From an uncultured Ignavibacteriales bacterium (GTDB lineage Bacteria; Zixibacteria; MSB-5A5; GN15; JAAZOE01): 64,000 bases of DNA. The DNA is taken from NCBI GenBank assembly GCA_964611355.1, contig CAZSYD010000005.1:2788-66787 (forward strand), written 5' to 3'. Position numbers and translations under genes: made by a program. Within the stretch, counting starts at the first letter, position 1. Every line of letters starts with the position of its first letter. This document shows, in pieces, positions 26,949 to 37,029 of the stretch. Under the pieces are notes generated by a model. The model ran no database searches. It was not told the origin of the DNA and saw only the letters and a program-made list of their open reading frames with translations.

Positions 26949-28733
26949 ATGCGGGAAATCGAACAAATGGAAGATATATTTCAAAGGGAAATATCACGGC
27001 GGACATCTGAAGCGATTCGTGCGACGTATCCCGACAGGATGAATTCTTTTGGCGAGGCCTTTAAGATTAATCCTTCCCAATTTGAGGATCTCGTTTATTC
27101 CAGATTGGAAGTGCCCCGGGACGCGAAACAGGGGGATTTCGCTTTTCCCACTTTTTTTCTTGCCGGGGTTCTGGAAGAAAAACCTCCCCAAATAGCTCAA
27201 AAAATCGCCGCATCGATAGAAGGTAAAGACTTTCAAACCGTCGGCCCGTATATAAACTTTACCATCGGCGCACGTGATCTGGCTTGTGAAGTATTGCCGG
27301 CGATTTTTGAACAGGGAGAAAATTACGGCAGTCAGAAAATTGGCGAGGGGAAAAACATCGTCATCGATTTTTCGTCGCCCAATATCGCCAAGCCATTTGG
27401 GGTAGGTCATCTCCGATCGACGGCAATCGGCGGCTCGCTTTATCGTATTTACGAAAAACTGGGATATAATTCAATCGGTATCAACCACCTCGGCGACTGG
27501 GGAACCCAGTTCGGCAAGATGATCGTCGCTTATCGGAAATGGGGAAAACAAGAAGAGCTTGAGAAAGAACCGATTGACGTTTTATACGATCTATATGTGA
27601 AGTTCCATCAGGAGGAAGAAAAAGACCCGTCGCTTACCGACCGGGCGCGGGAAAGTTTTAAGAAGCTTGAAGAAGGCGATAAGGAAACGGTAGAGTTGTG
27701 GAAATTATTCAAGGAATACTCCCTCAAGGAATTCAAACGGATATATGATCTCCTCGGCGTGAAATTCGATTACTATACCGGCGAGTCATTTTACAACGAC
27801 AAGATCGACGCGGTTATCGAAAAACTGCAAAAAGCCGGGTTGGCGATAGAATCCCGCGGCGCCCTGGTGGTTGAACTGGATGATTTCGGCATGCCGCCCT
27901 GTTTATTGAAGAAAGCTGACGGCGCCACGCTTTACGCCACCCGCGATCTGGCGGGTATATTTTATCGGCATGAGAACTTTAACTTCCATAAGGCTCTGTA
28001 CGTTGTCGGCGCTGCCCAGCGGGAGCACTTCAAGCAGATTTTCAAGGTGATTGAGCTTCTGGGCGAGGATTACGCTGACCGTCTGGTCCATGTCGAGTTC
28101 GGCTGGATCAGGTTCGAAGATAAAGCGATGTCCACTCGCAAGGGGAATATAATTTTCCTTGAGGACGTGATCGAAACGGCTTTTGAAAAAGCCAAACAGA
28201 TCATTAAAGAAAAAAATCCGAGTCTTCCCAAGCTTGCGGAAACGGCGCGGATAGTCGCGATTGGCGCCATCATATTTGCTGACTTGGGCGTAAAAAGGCA
28301 CAAGGATGTCAACTTTTCGTGGGAAGAGGTTCTTAACTTCGAAGGCGAAACCGGCCCGTACCTGCAATATACTCACGCACGCCTATCGGCGCTGCATCGC
28401 AAGTATGGCCGGGAGGTTGTCGGCGACGTTGACTTCAACCTGTTTAATTCGCCCGAGGAGAAGGCGTTATTGAAGCATCTTTATCGGTTCTGGCAGGTAG
28501 TTGAACTTGCGGCCGACAAGTATGAACCGAATTTCATCGCCGAATATCTTTTGGAATTGGCGGCGGTTTTTAATCGGTTTTACCAGCGCAAAGACGCAGG
28601 CGGCCGACTGATCAAGATCATTTCCGAAAACAAAGAAGAAACAAAGGCACGGATGCTCCTGGTGAGGTCGGTTCGCACCGTTCTGAAGGAAGGTCTGCGA
28701 TTGCTTGGCATCCGGGCTCCCGAGGAAATGTGA
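26949..28733 (+). CDS. argS: Arginine--tRNA ligase
   Basis: 594 aa with SSPNIAKPFGVGHLRS (HIGH-type), MSTRKG (KMSK-type) and the typical ArgRS C-terminal ending in M. Confidence 0.93.
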   Translation: MREIEQMEDIFQREISRRTSEAIRATYPDRMNSFGEAFKINPSQFEDLVYSRLEVPRDAKQGDFAFPTFFLAGVLEEKPPQIAQKIAASIEGKDFQTVGPYINFTIGARDLACEVLPAIFEQGENYGSQKIGEGKNIVIDFSSPNIAKPFGVGHLRSTAIGGSLYRIYEKLGYNSIGINHLGDWGTQFGKMIVAYRKWGKQEELEKEPIDVLYDLYVKFHQEEEKDPSLTDRARESFKKLEEGDKETVELWKLFKEYSLKEFKRIYDLLGVKFDYYTGESFYNDKIDAVIEKLQKAGLAIESRGALVVELDDFGMPPCLLKKADGATLYATRDLAGIFYRHENFNFHKALYVVGAAQREHFKQIFKVIELLGEDYADRLVHVEFGWIRFEDKAMSTRKGNIIFLEDVIETAFEKAKQIIKEKNPSLPKLAETARIVAIGAIIFADLGVKRHKDVNFSWEEVLNFEGETGPYLQYTHARLSALHRKYGREVVGDVDFNLFNSPEEKALLKHLYRFWQVVELAADKYEPNFIAEYLLELAAVFNRFYQRKDAGGRLIKIISENKEETKARMLLVRSVRTVLKEGLRLLGIRAPEEM

Positions 28734-28751
28734 AACGTAAGGGAAATTGAT

Positions 28752-28871
28752 ATGCTGATTGTCACGGATTGGCATGCTGCGCCGGAGCAGGTCAGGGCGG
28801 TTATAGAACAGTTCAAGAAATTGACGAAAGAGGCGTCGGCGGTCGCTGCGGTTCCGGAGGGGAATCTGTGA
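28752..28871 (+). CDS. 39-codon mini-ORF overlapping the aroA start (GTGA)
   Basis: ATG 28752 to TGA 28869-28871, encoding MLIVTDWHAAPEQVRAVIEQFKKLTKEASAVAAVPEGNL. The SD is weak. It is too short for the ORF track. Confidence 0.25.
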   Translation: MLIVTDWHAAPEQVRAVIEQFKKLTKEASAVAAVPEGNL

Positions 28872-30223
28872 GCGAAACGGTCATTAAGCGGGCAAAAAAG
28901 ATTTCCGGATGTTTCCGGATGGCGGGAGACAAGTCGATCTCTCATCGGGCGGCGCTTTTGTCGCTTCTTTGCCGCGGCCCAATCAGGGCCGAAAACTTCG
29001 CTGACGGAATAGATTGCCGACGCTCACTGGATGCGGTTCAAACCCTCGGCGGTTTAGTTGAGACAGATGGCGTTACCGTTCAAATAACTCCTCCGATGAG
29101 CGGCATTGTTTCGCCTGACAGGTCCATCGATTGCGATAATTCCGGCACCACCATGCGGCTTCTGGCCGGTCTTTTGGCCGGTTCGAATATATCGGCGGAA
29201 TTAGTCGGAGATGAATCGCTTACCCGAAGGCCGATGAAACGGATTATCGATCCCTTAAGGCAAATGAACGCATCAATAGAATCTACCGAAAATGGCACGG
29301 TGCCTTTGACAATAAAACCGGCGACCTTGATTCCGATAGATTATACCCTTCCGGTGGCATCGGCTCAGGTGAAGTCGGCGCTTTTGCTGGCCGGACTGGC
29401 ATCGGGATGCCCTGTAACCATCCGGGAGAAAAACCATACCCGCAATCATACCGAAAGAATGATTAAACATCTCGGAGGAGATATTCAAATTGAGGATGTC
29501 AAAATCGAAGTTGTCCCCGATCCAAACGACCCAAGGAAAAAGAAAAAACGCCCGGAGACGGAAGAATACAAAAGGACTATCGCTCTTTCACCAAACGGTC
29601 TGCTGTCCGGCGGTACTATTGAAATTCCCGGCGATATTTCGACTGCTGCGTATTTTATAGCGGCGGCGCTTCTGGTTCGCGGCAGTCACCTGATTATTCA
29701 AAATGTCGGAGTCAACCCTACTCGCATGGCTTTTGTAACGATGCTCAAGCAAATGGGCGCGGAAATTAAAATGAAAAATCGAACGGAAATCTCCGGCGAA
29801 CCGGTAGCTGACATTGAGGTAACATACTCGCGGTTGAAGCCGCACAAGATTTCCGGCGATGTAATACCTAATCTGATAGATGAAATCCCGATTTTAGCCG
29901 TTTTGGCTTCGCAGGCGAAAGGAACAACAGTCATTCGTGACGCAGAAGAACTGCGTCATAAAGAGTCCGATCGGATAAAGGCGGTGTTAAAAAACCTGAC
30001 CGCTATGGGCGTCAAGGTTGGGGAATTCCCTGACGGGTTTGCCGTCGAGGGAGGCGGGGAATTAAATGGAGTTGAAATCGATTCTTTTGGCGATCACAGA
30101 ATCGCTATGGCCTTTGCCGTCGCCGGACTGGCCGCTCACGGTCGCACGGTGATTACCGACAGCGAAACGGTCGAAATTTCCTGCCCGCAATTTTTTGTCA
30201 TGCTGGAAGGTTTGCGTTCGTAA
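28868..30223 (+). CDS. aroA: 3-phosphoshikimate 1-carboxyvinyltransferase (EPSP synthase)
   Basis: I place the start at GTG 28868 (GGAGG 8 nt upstream), giving VSETVIKRAKKISGCFRMAGDKSISHRAALL. The track's upstream extension is Gly/Cys-rich filler. Confidence 0.9.
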   Translation: MSETVIKRAKKISGCFRMAGDKSISHRAALLSLLCRGPIRAENFADGIDCRRSLDAVQTLGGLVETDGVTVQITPPMSGIVSPDRSIDCDNSGTTMRLLAGLLAGSNISAELVGDESLTRRPMKRIIDPLRQMNASIESTENGTVPLTIKPATLIPIDYTLPVASAQVKSALLLAGLASGCPVTIREKNHTRNHTERMIKHLGGDIQIEDVKIEVVPDPNDPRKKKKRPETEEYKRTIALSPNGLLSGGTIEIPGDISTAAYFIAAALLVRGSHLIIQNVGVNPTRMAFVTMLKQMGAEIKMKNRTEISGEPVADIEVTYSRLKPHKISGDVIPNLIDEIPILAVLASQAKGTTVIRDAEELRHKESDRIKAVLKNLTAMGVKVGEFPDGFAVEGGGELNGVEIDSFGDHRIAMAFAVAGLAAHGRTVITDSETVEISCPQFFVMLEGLRS

Positions 30224-31068
30224 TGGGATATCATTTTGGCCTTGTAGGACATAATATCTCATACTCGCTGTCGCCGCGGATATTTGAATTAATTTTTAAT
30301 AGTGAAAAGATTAAAGGGAAATTTTCAATAGTTGACATAACTCCCGATCAACTCTCATCTGAGACAGGTAAGCTGAAAGCGCTTGACGGGTTTTCAGTGA
30401 CAATACCATACAAGGAAAAGATTATTCCATATTTGACCGGCCTTTCCGATGATGCCCAAATGATCGGGGCTGTGAATTCGGTTAAAGTGGAAGATGGGAT
30501 CTTTTATGGTTACAATACGGACGCGCATGGATTCATCTATCCTCTGAAAGCCATCAACGACTATTTTAAGCGGGTACTGATATTTGGTCACGGCGGATCG
30601 GCTCGGGCGGTTCTATACGCACTGGCGCGCGAATACCCTGATGCTGTTATTGATATTTGCGGACGCGATATTGACAGGGCGCGGGCTTTCGTCGAATCAG
30701 TCAAAGGTTTCGGCTCCGAGCAAACAATTATCACTCCAAAGAAATATGCCGACCTCCGAAACGGCGATAGGTATGATCTCGTTATAAATTGCACTCCTCT
30801 GGGTGGTATGAGCAATCTTGAAGAATCGCCTTTGCCTGAATCATTTAGGTTTGACGGTTGTTCGATTTGCTATGATCTTATTTATCGGCCTGCAAAAACA
30901 AAACTGCTTGATCGGGCCGAAAAGCATGGTTGCCGAATTATCAATGGCTTGTCGATGCTTGTGCGACAGGCGCTGGAATCATATATTGTCTGGACCGGCC
31001 GCCGGATAGATACCGATAGCCCGACCGGTTATATTCTTGAATCGCTGGCGGAAATCGGGGAGTATTGA
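30223..31068 (+). CDS. aroE: Shikimate dehydrogenase
   Basis: 281 aa with GHNISYSLSPRIF, VTIPYKE and a GHGGSARAV NADP loop. Its start overlaps the aroA stop (TAATG). Confidence 0.9.
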   Translation: MGYHFGLVGHNISYSLSPRIFELIFNSEKIKGKFSIVDITPDQLSSETGKLKALDGFSVTIPYKEKIIPYLTGLSDDAQMIGAVNSVKVEDGIFYGYNTDAHGFIYPLKAINDYFKRVLIFGHGGSARAVLYALAREYPDAVIDICGRDIDRARAFVESVKGFGSEQTIITPKKYADLRNGDRYDLVINCTPLGGMSNLEESPLPESFRFDGCSICYDLIYRPAKTKLLDRAEKHGCRIINGLSMLVRQALESYIVWTGRRIDTDSPTGYILESLAEIGEY

Positions 31069-31070
31069 CA

Positions 31071-31622
31071 GTGAAGAAAATGCCGGAAGTGATCTTGCTG
31101 TGTGGTTTCTCCGGTTCCGGCAAAACGGAAACGGGAAAAATCCTGGCCGAAAATATCGGTTATGGATTTACCGATACCGACGAGACTGTCGAGGAAATAT
31201 TGGGGAGACCGATTCCGGAAATATTCGCGCAGATGGGAGAGGCAGAATTTCGTTCGGCCGAATCGGACGCCCTGCGCACCGCCGTCATGCGCAAACCCCG
31301 AATAATTTCTCTGGGCGGCGGCGGCATTGACGATGAAAATAATTTGGAGTATGTTAAACGCAATGGTTGCCTTGTTTATCTTAAGGTTACTCCCGAAACG
31401 GTGCATAAGAGACTCCGAAACAGTCATGTCCGTCCGATGCTCCAATCGTTTGGCCTGTCTGATAGGAAGAAGACGGCGGTCGATCTTGAGAAGATTCGTC
31501 CCCTCGTGGAAAAGAGAGAGAAGTATTATCTGCAGGCTGATATAGTCATAGATACCGAGGGCAGGACGCCCGAGGAAGCAGCCAGGGAAATAAAAAGCAG
31601 GCTGATTCAGGATGGCCCTTAG
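31071..31622 (+). CDS. aroK: Shikimate kinase
   Basis: P-loop GFSGSGKT, then FTDTDE and LGGG. The track start is TTG 31065. I prefer GTG 31071 because GGGGAG lies 8 nt upstream. ATG 31080 is also possible. Confidence 0.85.
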   Translation: MKKMPEVILLCGFSGSGKTETGKILAENIGYGFTDTDETVEEILGRPIPEIFAQMGEAEFRSAESDALRTAVMRKPRIISLGGGGIDDENNLEYVKRNGCLVYLKVTPETVHKRLRNSHVRPMLQSFGLSDRKKTAVDLEKIRPLVEKREKYYLQADIVIDTEGRTPEEAAREIKSRLIQDGP

Positions 31623-32718
31623 GCAGCGCATAATAGTCAAGGCCGGCAGTTGCAAATATCCGGTAATTTTCTCAAGGCACCGGCGGCAACTGGAAAATAT
31701 TATCGGTTCAGCCGACCGGGTAATTATAATCTCCAACCCAACCGTATTTTCACTTCACGGCGATGCGTTTGTCGATAACTACCTGCCGGGCAATTTGGAA
31801 GTTGTTCTCCTGTTGATGGAGGACGGGGAAAGATTTAAGACGCAGAAAACGGTCAACAATCTTTATGATCGGCTTTTTAATATCCGTCTGGGAAGATGCG
31901 ATACGATTATCGCTTTTGGCGGCGGTGTAGTCGGGGATACGGCTGGATTTACGGCCGCTACCTATATGCGGGGGGTCGGACTGATTCAGGCGCCCACGAC
32001 GCTTCTGGCCATGGTCGATTCTTCAATCGGAGGCAAAGTCGGAATAAATCACGCGCGGGGCAAAAATCTGGTCGGCGCTTTTTACCAGCCCCGGGCGGTA
32101 GTGGTTGACCCTGTCTGGCTGACCACGCTGGGCCGCCGGGAGATGGTGGAGGGTTTGGCGGAAATTATCAAGGTAGGATTTTTATCGTCAGCCAAATTCC
32201 TTCATGAAGCTGTCGATACCGAGCCGGTCTTTTCGCGCGGGCAGAAAAAACGCGTCAACCACCTGATTCAGGAAGCGATGAAATTCAAGGCCGATGTTGT
32301 CGGACAGGATGCCAATGACCGGGGCGTTCGAGCCATCCTGAATTTCGGCCATACCTTTGCTCATGCGATAGAGAAGGTGGAAGGATTCAGGAAATACCGT
32401 CACGGCGAAGCCGTTCTGGCCGGAATGGTCGGCGCTTTTTATTTATCGTACGCGTCGGGGCACCTTACAAAAAGCAGAATGAAGCAATATCAATATTATC
32501 TGGGCCAATTAGTGAAACAACTGGCGCCGTTAAAAAGGAAAGCCGGCGATTATTTATCTCCGATGTATGTCGATAAAAAAAGTAGCAACGGCCGGCTGCA
32601 ATTTGTGTTGCTGGAAAAGATCGGGTGCGCTGTCCTGCGTACGGTCAGATCGGAGAAAAAGGTGATTGAGGCTATCGAGTTTATGAAAGAATTTATCAAT
32701 CACAAAGGGGTTTTGTGA
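31612..32718 (+). CDS. aroB: 3-dehydroquinate synthase
   Basis: 368 aa with [27 protein letters not shown] and [11 protein letters not shown]. It overlaps aroK by 11 nt. Confidence 0.92.
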   Translation: MALRQRIIVKAGSCKYPVIFSRHRRQLENIIGSADRVIIISNPTVFSLHGDAFVDNYLPGNLEVVLLLMEDGERFKTQKTVNNLYDRLFNIRLGRCDTIIAFGGGVVGDTAGFTAATYMRGVGLIQAPTTLLAMVDSSIGGKVGINHARGKNLVGAFYQPRAVVVDPVWLTTLGRREMVEGLAEIIKVGFLSSAKFLHEAVDTEPVFSRGQKKRVNHLIQEAMKFKADVVGQDANDRGVRAILNFGHTFAHAIEKVEGFRKYRHGEAVLAGMVGAFYLSYASGHLTKSRMKQYQYYLGQLVKQLAPLKRKAGDYLSPMYVDKKSSNGRLQFVLLEKIGCAVLRTVRSEKKVIEAIEFMKEFINHKGVL

Positions 32719-33143
32719 AAAAGATACTGCTGATAAACGGGCCCAATCTGAATCTGCTGGGAACGCGAGAACCGGAAATTTACGGCCGCACTACACTATC
32801 CGAAATCGAAGCGACAGTTTCGGAACAGGCGGAAAAACTGGGAATGGCAATCAAACCATATCAGAGCAACCATGAAGGCGGTATAATAGATTTTATCCAG
32901 GCCGAATGTGATGATGCCTATGGAATAATCATCAATCCCGGTGCCTTTACTCATTACAGCTACGCTATCCGCGACTGTCTGGCCGGAGCCGGGTTACCGG
33001 TGGTGGAGGTTCACATTTCCAACCTTCACAAAAGGGAGAAGTGGCGAAATAAATCGGTTATATCCGAAATATGTGCCGGTATGATAAATGGGATGGGAGT
33101 TACCGGGTATCTTCTGGCTCTGGAGTATTTTAAGGATAAATGA
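32715..33143 (+). CDS. aroQ: Type II 3-dehydroquinate dehydratase
   Basis: 142 aa with [24 protein letters not shown] and VEVHISN. Its start overlaps the aroB stop (GTGA). Confidence 0.93.
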   Translation: MKKILLINGPNLNLLGTREPEIYGRTTLSEIEATVSEQAEKLGMAIKPYQSNHEGGIIDFIQAECDDAYGIIINPGAFTHYSYAIRDCLAGAGLPVVEVHISNLHKREKWRNKSVISEICAGMINGMGVTGYLLALEYFKDK

Positions 33144-33150
33144 GGTATCA

Positions 33151-34737
33151 ATGCGGTATTCGCTGATTATATGCGCCGGATTGGCGATTTTGTTTTTGAC
33201 CCTCAACTCGTGCCAAACATCTCATGTGACCCGGAACGAAATCGTTGACTTTATCGACAATTATGAAAAAGAGGTGGAGTTTTCAAGCCGTCAGTTGTCG
33301 CTGAGCCAGTGGCAGTACTATACCGAGGGACAATCAGATTCGCTTGAGTATTTTCAGAACCTGTACGCTACCCTGATATCCGATCCCAAAAGACTTTCCC
33401 TTATTAAGAAATACAGAACCCTGATCAGCGATGAGCCTTACCGGAGAAAACTGGATATTATATACCGGGAAAGCTTTCGCTTAGTCATTGAACACAAGAC
33501 GGCCATTAAGAAAACAAGAGATTCACTTATGGCCGTTGCGGAGCAGTATAATTTCGTGTTTGAAGGCAAACCGTCTACCGAAGACAGGCTCCGTCAAATC
33601 CTTTCAACCGATAAAGACAGGTTTCGTCGGCGCGAAGTTTACAAATCCCTGACTTCGCGAGGAGATAAACTGGCGGGCGGATTGGAAACACTGGCCCGCC
33701 TGCGCAACCAGGCGGCCGTCAGGCTGGGATATAATTCCTACTACGACCTGATGCTTATGGCCGACGGAATTGAAAAAACCGAACATATTGATTTCCTTAA
33801 TGAGCTGGATCGGTTGACTTCCGAACCGTACAAACGAGCGCTTGATTCCCTCGCAGAGAGCCTTAACCTGGATGATCTTCAAATATGGGATATTGAATAT
33901 GCCCTTAATCATACCGGGTTCAATCCGGATACGTATTACCCAAAAGATGACCAGTTATCGCTCCTAAAAGGCACTTTCCATGGTTTGGGGTTTAATATCG
34001 GCGCCTGGCCGGTTTATTTCGCGCCGAAGGTGACAACCGGCGATGATCCCGGCAGCCGGATATTGCCGGTGCACGTTCCTGACGATATCAGGATTATTAC
34101 CAATATTAAGTCGGGATATACCTCGCTGTCGAACCTGTTTGCCCAGGTTGGCCTGGCAATATATGCCGTTCATATCGACAAGTCGGATTTCCTTCTGGCG
34201 CAGGCTCCGGCGCCCTGTTTTGAGATTGCCATGGTCCGCATTATCACTGACATGATCGATCTGGACAGCTGGGAAAATATATATGCCGGTATCCCTGAGC
34301 AACAAGTAATGAAGATGGCCGCCAGAAGGGATTTCAGGCGGCTGTTTGACCTTCGTATGAGTCTGGCGCAGCTTTTCTTTGAACGCGAGCTTTACGCTGA
34401 CCCATATGCCGATCTTACCCGAAAATACAGTGAAATATTTGAAAAGTATTTGATGATTCCCTGTAACCTTGATATTAAGCCGTGGGCTGCCCGAATTGAG
34501 TATATTGACCGGCCGGTGACCATACAGAATAATCTGCTGTCGGAGTGCATAACAGCCCAGACTTATAGTTATCTGAAAAAGAAATACGGTTCCGTGCTGG
34601 ACAACCAGCATACGCGGGAATTTCTGGTTCAGAATTTTTACCGATTCGGACGCGGCGAAGACTGGCAGACTCTGCTTGCCCGCGGTACCGGCGAAAAACT
34701 GAATCCAGTATATATTCTCGAATACTGCGGCATTTGA
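33151..34737 (+). CDS. Lipoprotein with M3/oligoendopeptidase-F-like (gluzincin) architecture but no HEXXH
   Basis: I place the start at ATG 33151 (MRYSLIICAGLAILFLTLNSC), with GAGG upstream and just after the aroQ stop. Where M3 enzymes read tLfHExGHa, this protein reads NLFAQVGLAIYAVH. The downstream FEIAM and the C-terminal GRGEDWQTLLARGTGEKLNP resemble M3. There is no HExxH anywhere in the protein. Confidence 0.55.
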   Translation: MRYSLIICAGLAILFLTLNSCQTSHVTRNEIVDFIDNYEKEVEFSSRQLSLSQWQYYTEGQSDSLEYFQNLYATLISDPKRLSLIKKYRTLISDEPYRRKLDIIYRESFRLVIEHKTAIKKTRDSLMAVAEQYNFVFEGKPSTEDRLRQILSTDKDRFRRREVYKSLTSRGDKLAGGLETLARLRNQAAVRLGYNSYYDLMLMADGIEKTEHIDFLNELDRLTSEPYKRALDSLAESLNLDDLQIWDIEYALNHTGFNPDTYYPKDDQLSLLKGTFHGLGFNIGAWPVYFAPKVTTGDDPGSRILPVHVPDDIRIITNIKSGYTSLSNLFAQVGLAIYAVHIDKSDFLLAQAPAPCFEIAMVRIITDMIDLDSWENIYAGIPEQQVMKMAARRDFRRLFDLRMSLAQLFFERELYADPYADLTRKYSEIFEKYLMIPCNLDIKPWAARIEYIDRPVTIQNNLLSECITAQTYSYLKKKYGSVLDNQHTREFLVQNFYRFGRGEDWQTLLARGTGEKLNPVYILEYCGI

Positions 34738-34769
34738 CCCCACCCCATTTTTTTAATATATTCTTCAAC

Positions 34770-34795
34770 GGAGGTCAGTGGTGCCTCCCTTTTTT
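34770..34795 (+). terminator. Rho-independent terminator candidate
   Basis: GGAGG-TCAGTGGTG-CCTCC followed by CTTTTTTG. The stem is short (5 bp). Confidence 0.4.
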
Positions 34796-34800
34796 GCATT

Positions 34801-36162
34801 ATGACAAGAGCGGAGTATAAATATACCGAAGGGCCGATCCTGAAAGCGGTTTGGCGTCTGGCATGGCCGGCGGTAACCTCGATGTTTTTCGAAACCTTCC
34901 TCTCGATAACCGATGCCTTTTGGGTGGGAAAATTGGGCGCGACAGAAATGGCCGCGGTAACTTCGAGCATGTTTCCGATCTGGACCGTCTTTTCGATGCT
35001 GACGATTATCCCGATCGGCGTGGTGGCCATCATATCAAGGGCGGTTGGAGCGGGTCGAACCGATGAGATCGGCCGAACCGCTCGGCAAAGCCTGTTGTTT
35101 GCCGTCTGGATCGGTATCGCGTTTAGTATCCTTGGATTTGTGATTGCTCCCGCTCTTTTCAAACTGATGGGTACGGAGGAGATCGTTACCCGACTGGGCG
35201 TCAACTATCTGCGCATCTTTTTTATCGGCATGATATTTTTCTTTATCAATGATACTTTTTCGGGGATATTCCGGGCCGTTGGTGATGCCAAAGCGCATCT
35301 TATCGGATACAGCGCCGCCATCATTATCAACATAATCCTCGATCCCCTTTTAATATTCGGCGTGGGACCTTTTCCCCGGTGGGGTACCGGCGGCGCTTCC
35401 GTGGCTACTATTATCGCCGCCGCCTGCGGGACGATTGTCTTCCTGCGCATGATAGCGCGGGGGAGACTGCCATATCCGATCGGCTTCCGTTTTCTGGAAA
35501 AGCTTGATTTCCGCCTGATCGGCGGTATAGTGCGGATTGGTTTTCCACCGGCCATTGCAGGTATTACTTTCTCTGTCGTTTATATCTTCATAAATCGTAT
35601 CGTTGCCGATTTTGGGACTATTTCTATCGCCGCTCTGATGATCGGCAACCGTATGGAATCGCTGTCGTATTTGACCTGCTTTGGTTTTTCCATGGCGGCC
35701 TCGACTCTGGTCGGGCAAAACCTTGGAGCAGGCAGTCCTTCCCGGGCGGCCAAATCGGCTTGGGCGGCGCTGGCAATATCAGCCGCGGTCACCTTTGTTA
35801 TCTCGATTCTTTTTCTGGCCATACCCCGGCAGCTTTCGACCTTCTTTATAAACGATGAGCGAGTCATTATCATCGCCATTGATTACTTACGTATTCTGGC
35901 CCTGTCGCAGATGTTTATGGCGGCCGAAATTGTTTTGGAGGGCGCGTTCGCCGGCGCGGGAAATACGATACCCCCGATGGCCGTATCGATTCCCGGTTCG
36001 GTTGCCCGGCTGCCGCTGGCTTATTATCTTGCCTTTGTCGTCGGCATGGGCATAAACGGCGTATGGTGGACATTGACCATCACGACCTGGATTAAAGCCA
36101 TAATCATTATCTATTGGTTCTGGCGAGGACGCTGGAAGAAAACAGGGTTGATAGCGACATAG
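34801..36162 (+). CDS. MATE-family efflux transporter
   Basis: 453 aa with 12 TM helices and a typical MATE N-terminus (GPILKAVWRLAWPAVTSMFFETFLSITDAFWVGKLG). Confidence 0.88.
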   Translation: MTRAEYKYTEGPILKAVWRLAWPAVTSMFFETFLSITDAFWVGKLGATEMAAVTSSMFPIWTVFSMLTIIPIGVVAIISRAVGAGRTDEIGRTARQSLLFAVWIGIAFSILGFVIAPALFKLMGTEEIVTRLGVNYLRIFFIGMIFFFINDTFSGIFRAVGDAKAHLIGYSAAIIINIILDPLLIFGVGPFPRWGTGGASVATIIAAACGTIVFLRMIARGRLPYPIGFRFLEKLDFRLIGGIVRIGFPPAIAGITFSVVYIFINRIVADFGTISIAALMIGNRMESLSYLTCFGFSMAASTLVGQNLGAGSPSRAAKSAWAALAISAAVTFVISILFLAIPRQLSTFFINDERVIIIAIDYLRILALSQMFMAAEIVLEGAFAGAGNTIPPMAVSIPGSVARLPLAYYLAFVVGMGINGVWWTLTITTWIKAIIIIYWFWRGRWKKTGLIAT

Positions 36163-36246
36163 AAACCTGCGCTTTTATGAGGAAATTGGGTTTCTTTTTA
36201 GCGGCATATGAAATAGTTTTCAGTATAAAGAAACGGAGAGGATAAC

Positions 36247-37011
36247 TTGTTGGAAAAATTTATCATGTTCGAAACGGCCGGAAGTAAGATGTATGGCCGT
36301 CTTGACGGCGATAAAGCGGAAATTCTTGACGGCCCATATTGGCTGGATATTCGTCCGACCGGACGGACGGTCGATCCGGTCGATATCAAGCTCCTATGTC
36401 CGGTCGAGCCTTCCAAGATAATTCTGATCGGGCTCAATTATCATGCCCACGTAAAGCATTCCAGGTCGGCGGTCGAGATTCCCCAAAATCCGATCATGTT
36501 TCTCAAGCCGCCCAGTTCGCTTCTTGGTCCGGGCGGTGAAATAATCTATCCTAACAATGTCGATCGAGTTGATTACGAAGCTGAATTGGGTGTTGTTATT
36601 GGAAAAGAAGGGCATAATATTCCCGCAGAGAAGGCAGATGAATATATATTCGGATATACCTGTGTGAACGATGTCACGGCGCGGAAAATTCAAAAGCAGG
36701 ATATTCAATGGACCAGGGCGAAAAGTTTTAATACTTTCTGCCCGGTCGGGCCGCACGTGGTGCGCGGGGTGGATGTGTGCAATCTGGCGGTGGAAGCTTA
36801 TCTAAACGGCGAAAGAAAGCAGTATGGACGAACATCGGATTTGATCTTTTCTATACCGCACCTGGTCGAGTTTATTTCGTCGGTAATGACCCTTTTACCG
36901 GGCGACATAATATCGACGGGAACACCGCAGGGAATCGATCCGATGCAGCGTGGCGACACGATAGAAGTCCGTATAGAAAATATCGGGTCGCTGGTTAATA
37001 GAATTGTTTGA
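36247..37011 (+). CDS. Fumarylacetoacetate hydrolase (FAH) family protein
   Basis: 254 aa with IGLNYHAH, VDYEAELGVVIGK, NDVTAR and PGDIISTGTP. The start is TTG, with GGAGAGG upstream. Confidence 0.88.
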   Translation: MLEKFIMFETAGSKMYGRLDGDKAEILDGPYWLDIRPTGRTVDPVDIKLLCPVEPSKIILIGLNYHAHVKHSRSAVEIPQNPIMFLKPPSSLLGPGGEIIYPNNVDRVDYEAELGVVIGKEGHNIPAEKADEYIFGYTCVNDVTARKIQKQDIQWTRAKSFNTFCPVGPHVVRGVDVCNLAVEAYLNGERKQYGRTSDLIFSIPHLVEFISSVMTLLPGDIISTGTPQGIDPMQRGDTIEVRIENIGSLVNRIV

Positions 37012-37029
37012 TCTGCTGGCGACGCATCA

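Noticed and set aside
28769-28867. The track's N-terminal extension of aroA (MACCAGAGQGGYRTVQEIDERGVGGRCGSGGES).
   Set aside because: It is Gly/Cys-rich filler with a TTG start and no SD. EPSP synthase homology begins at GTG 28868, which has a GGAGG upstream.
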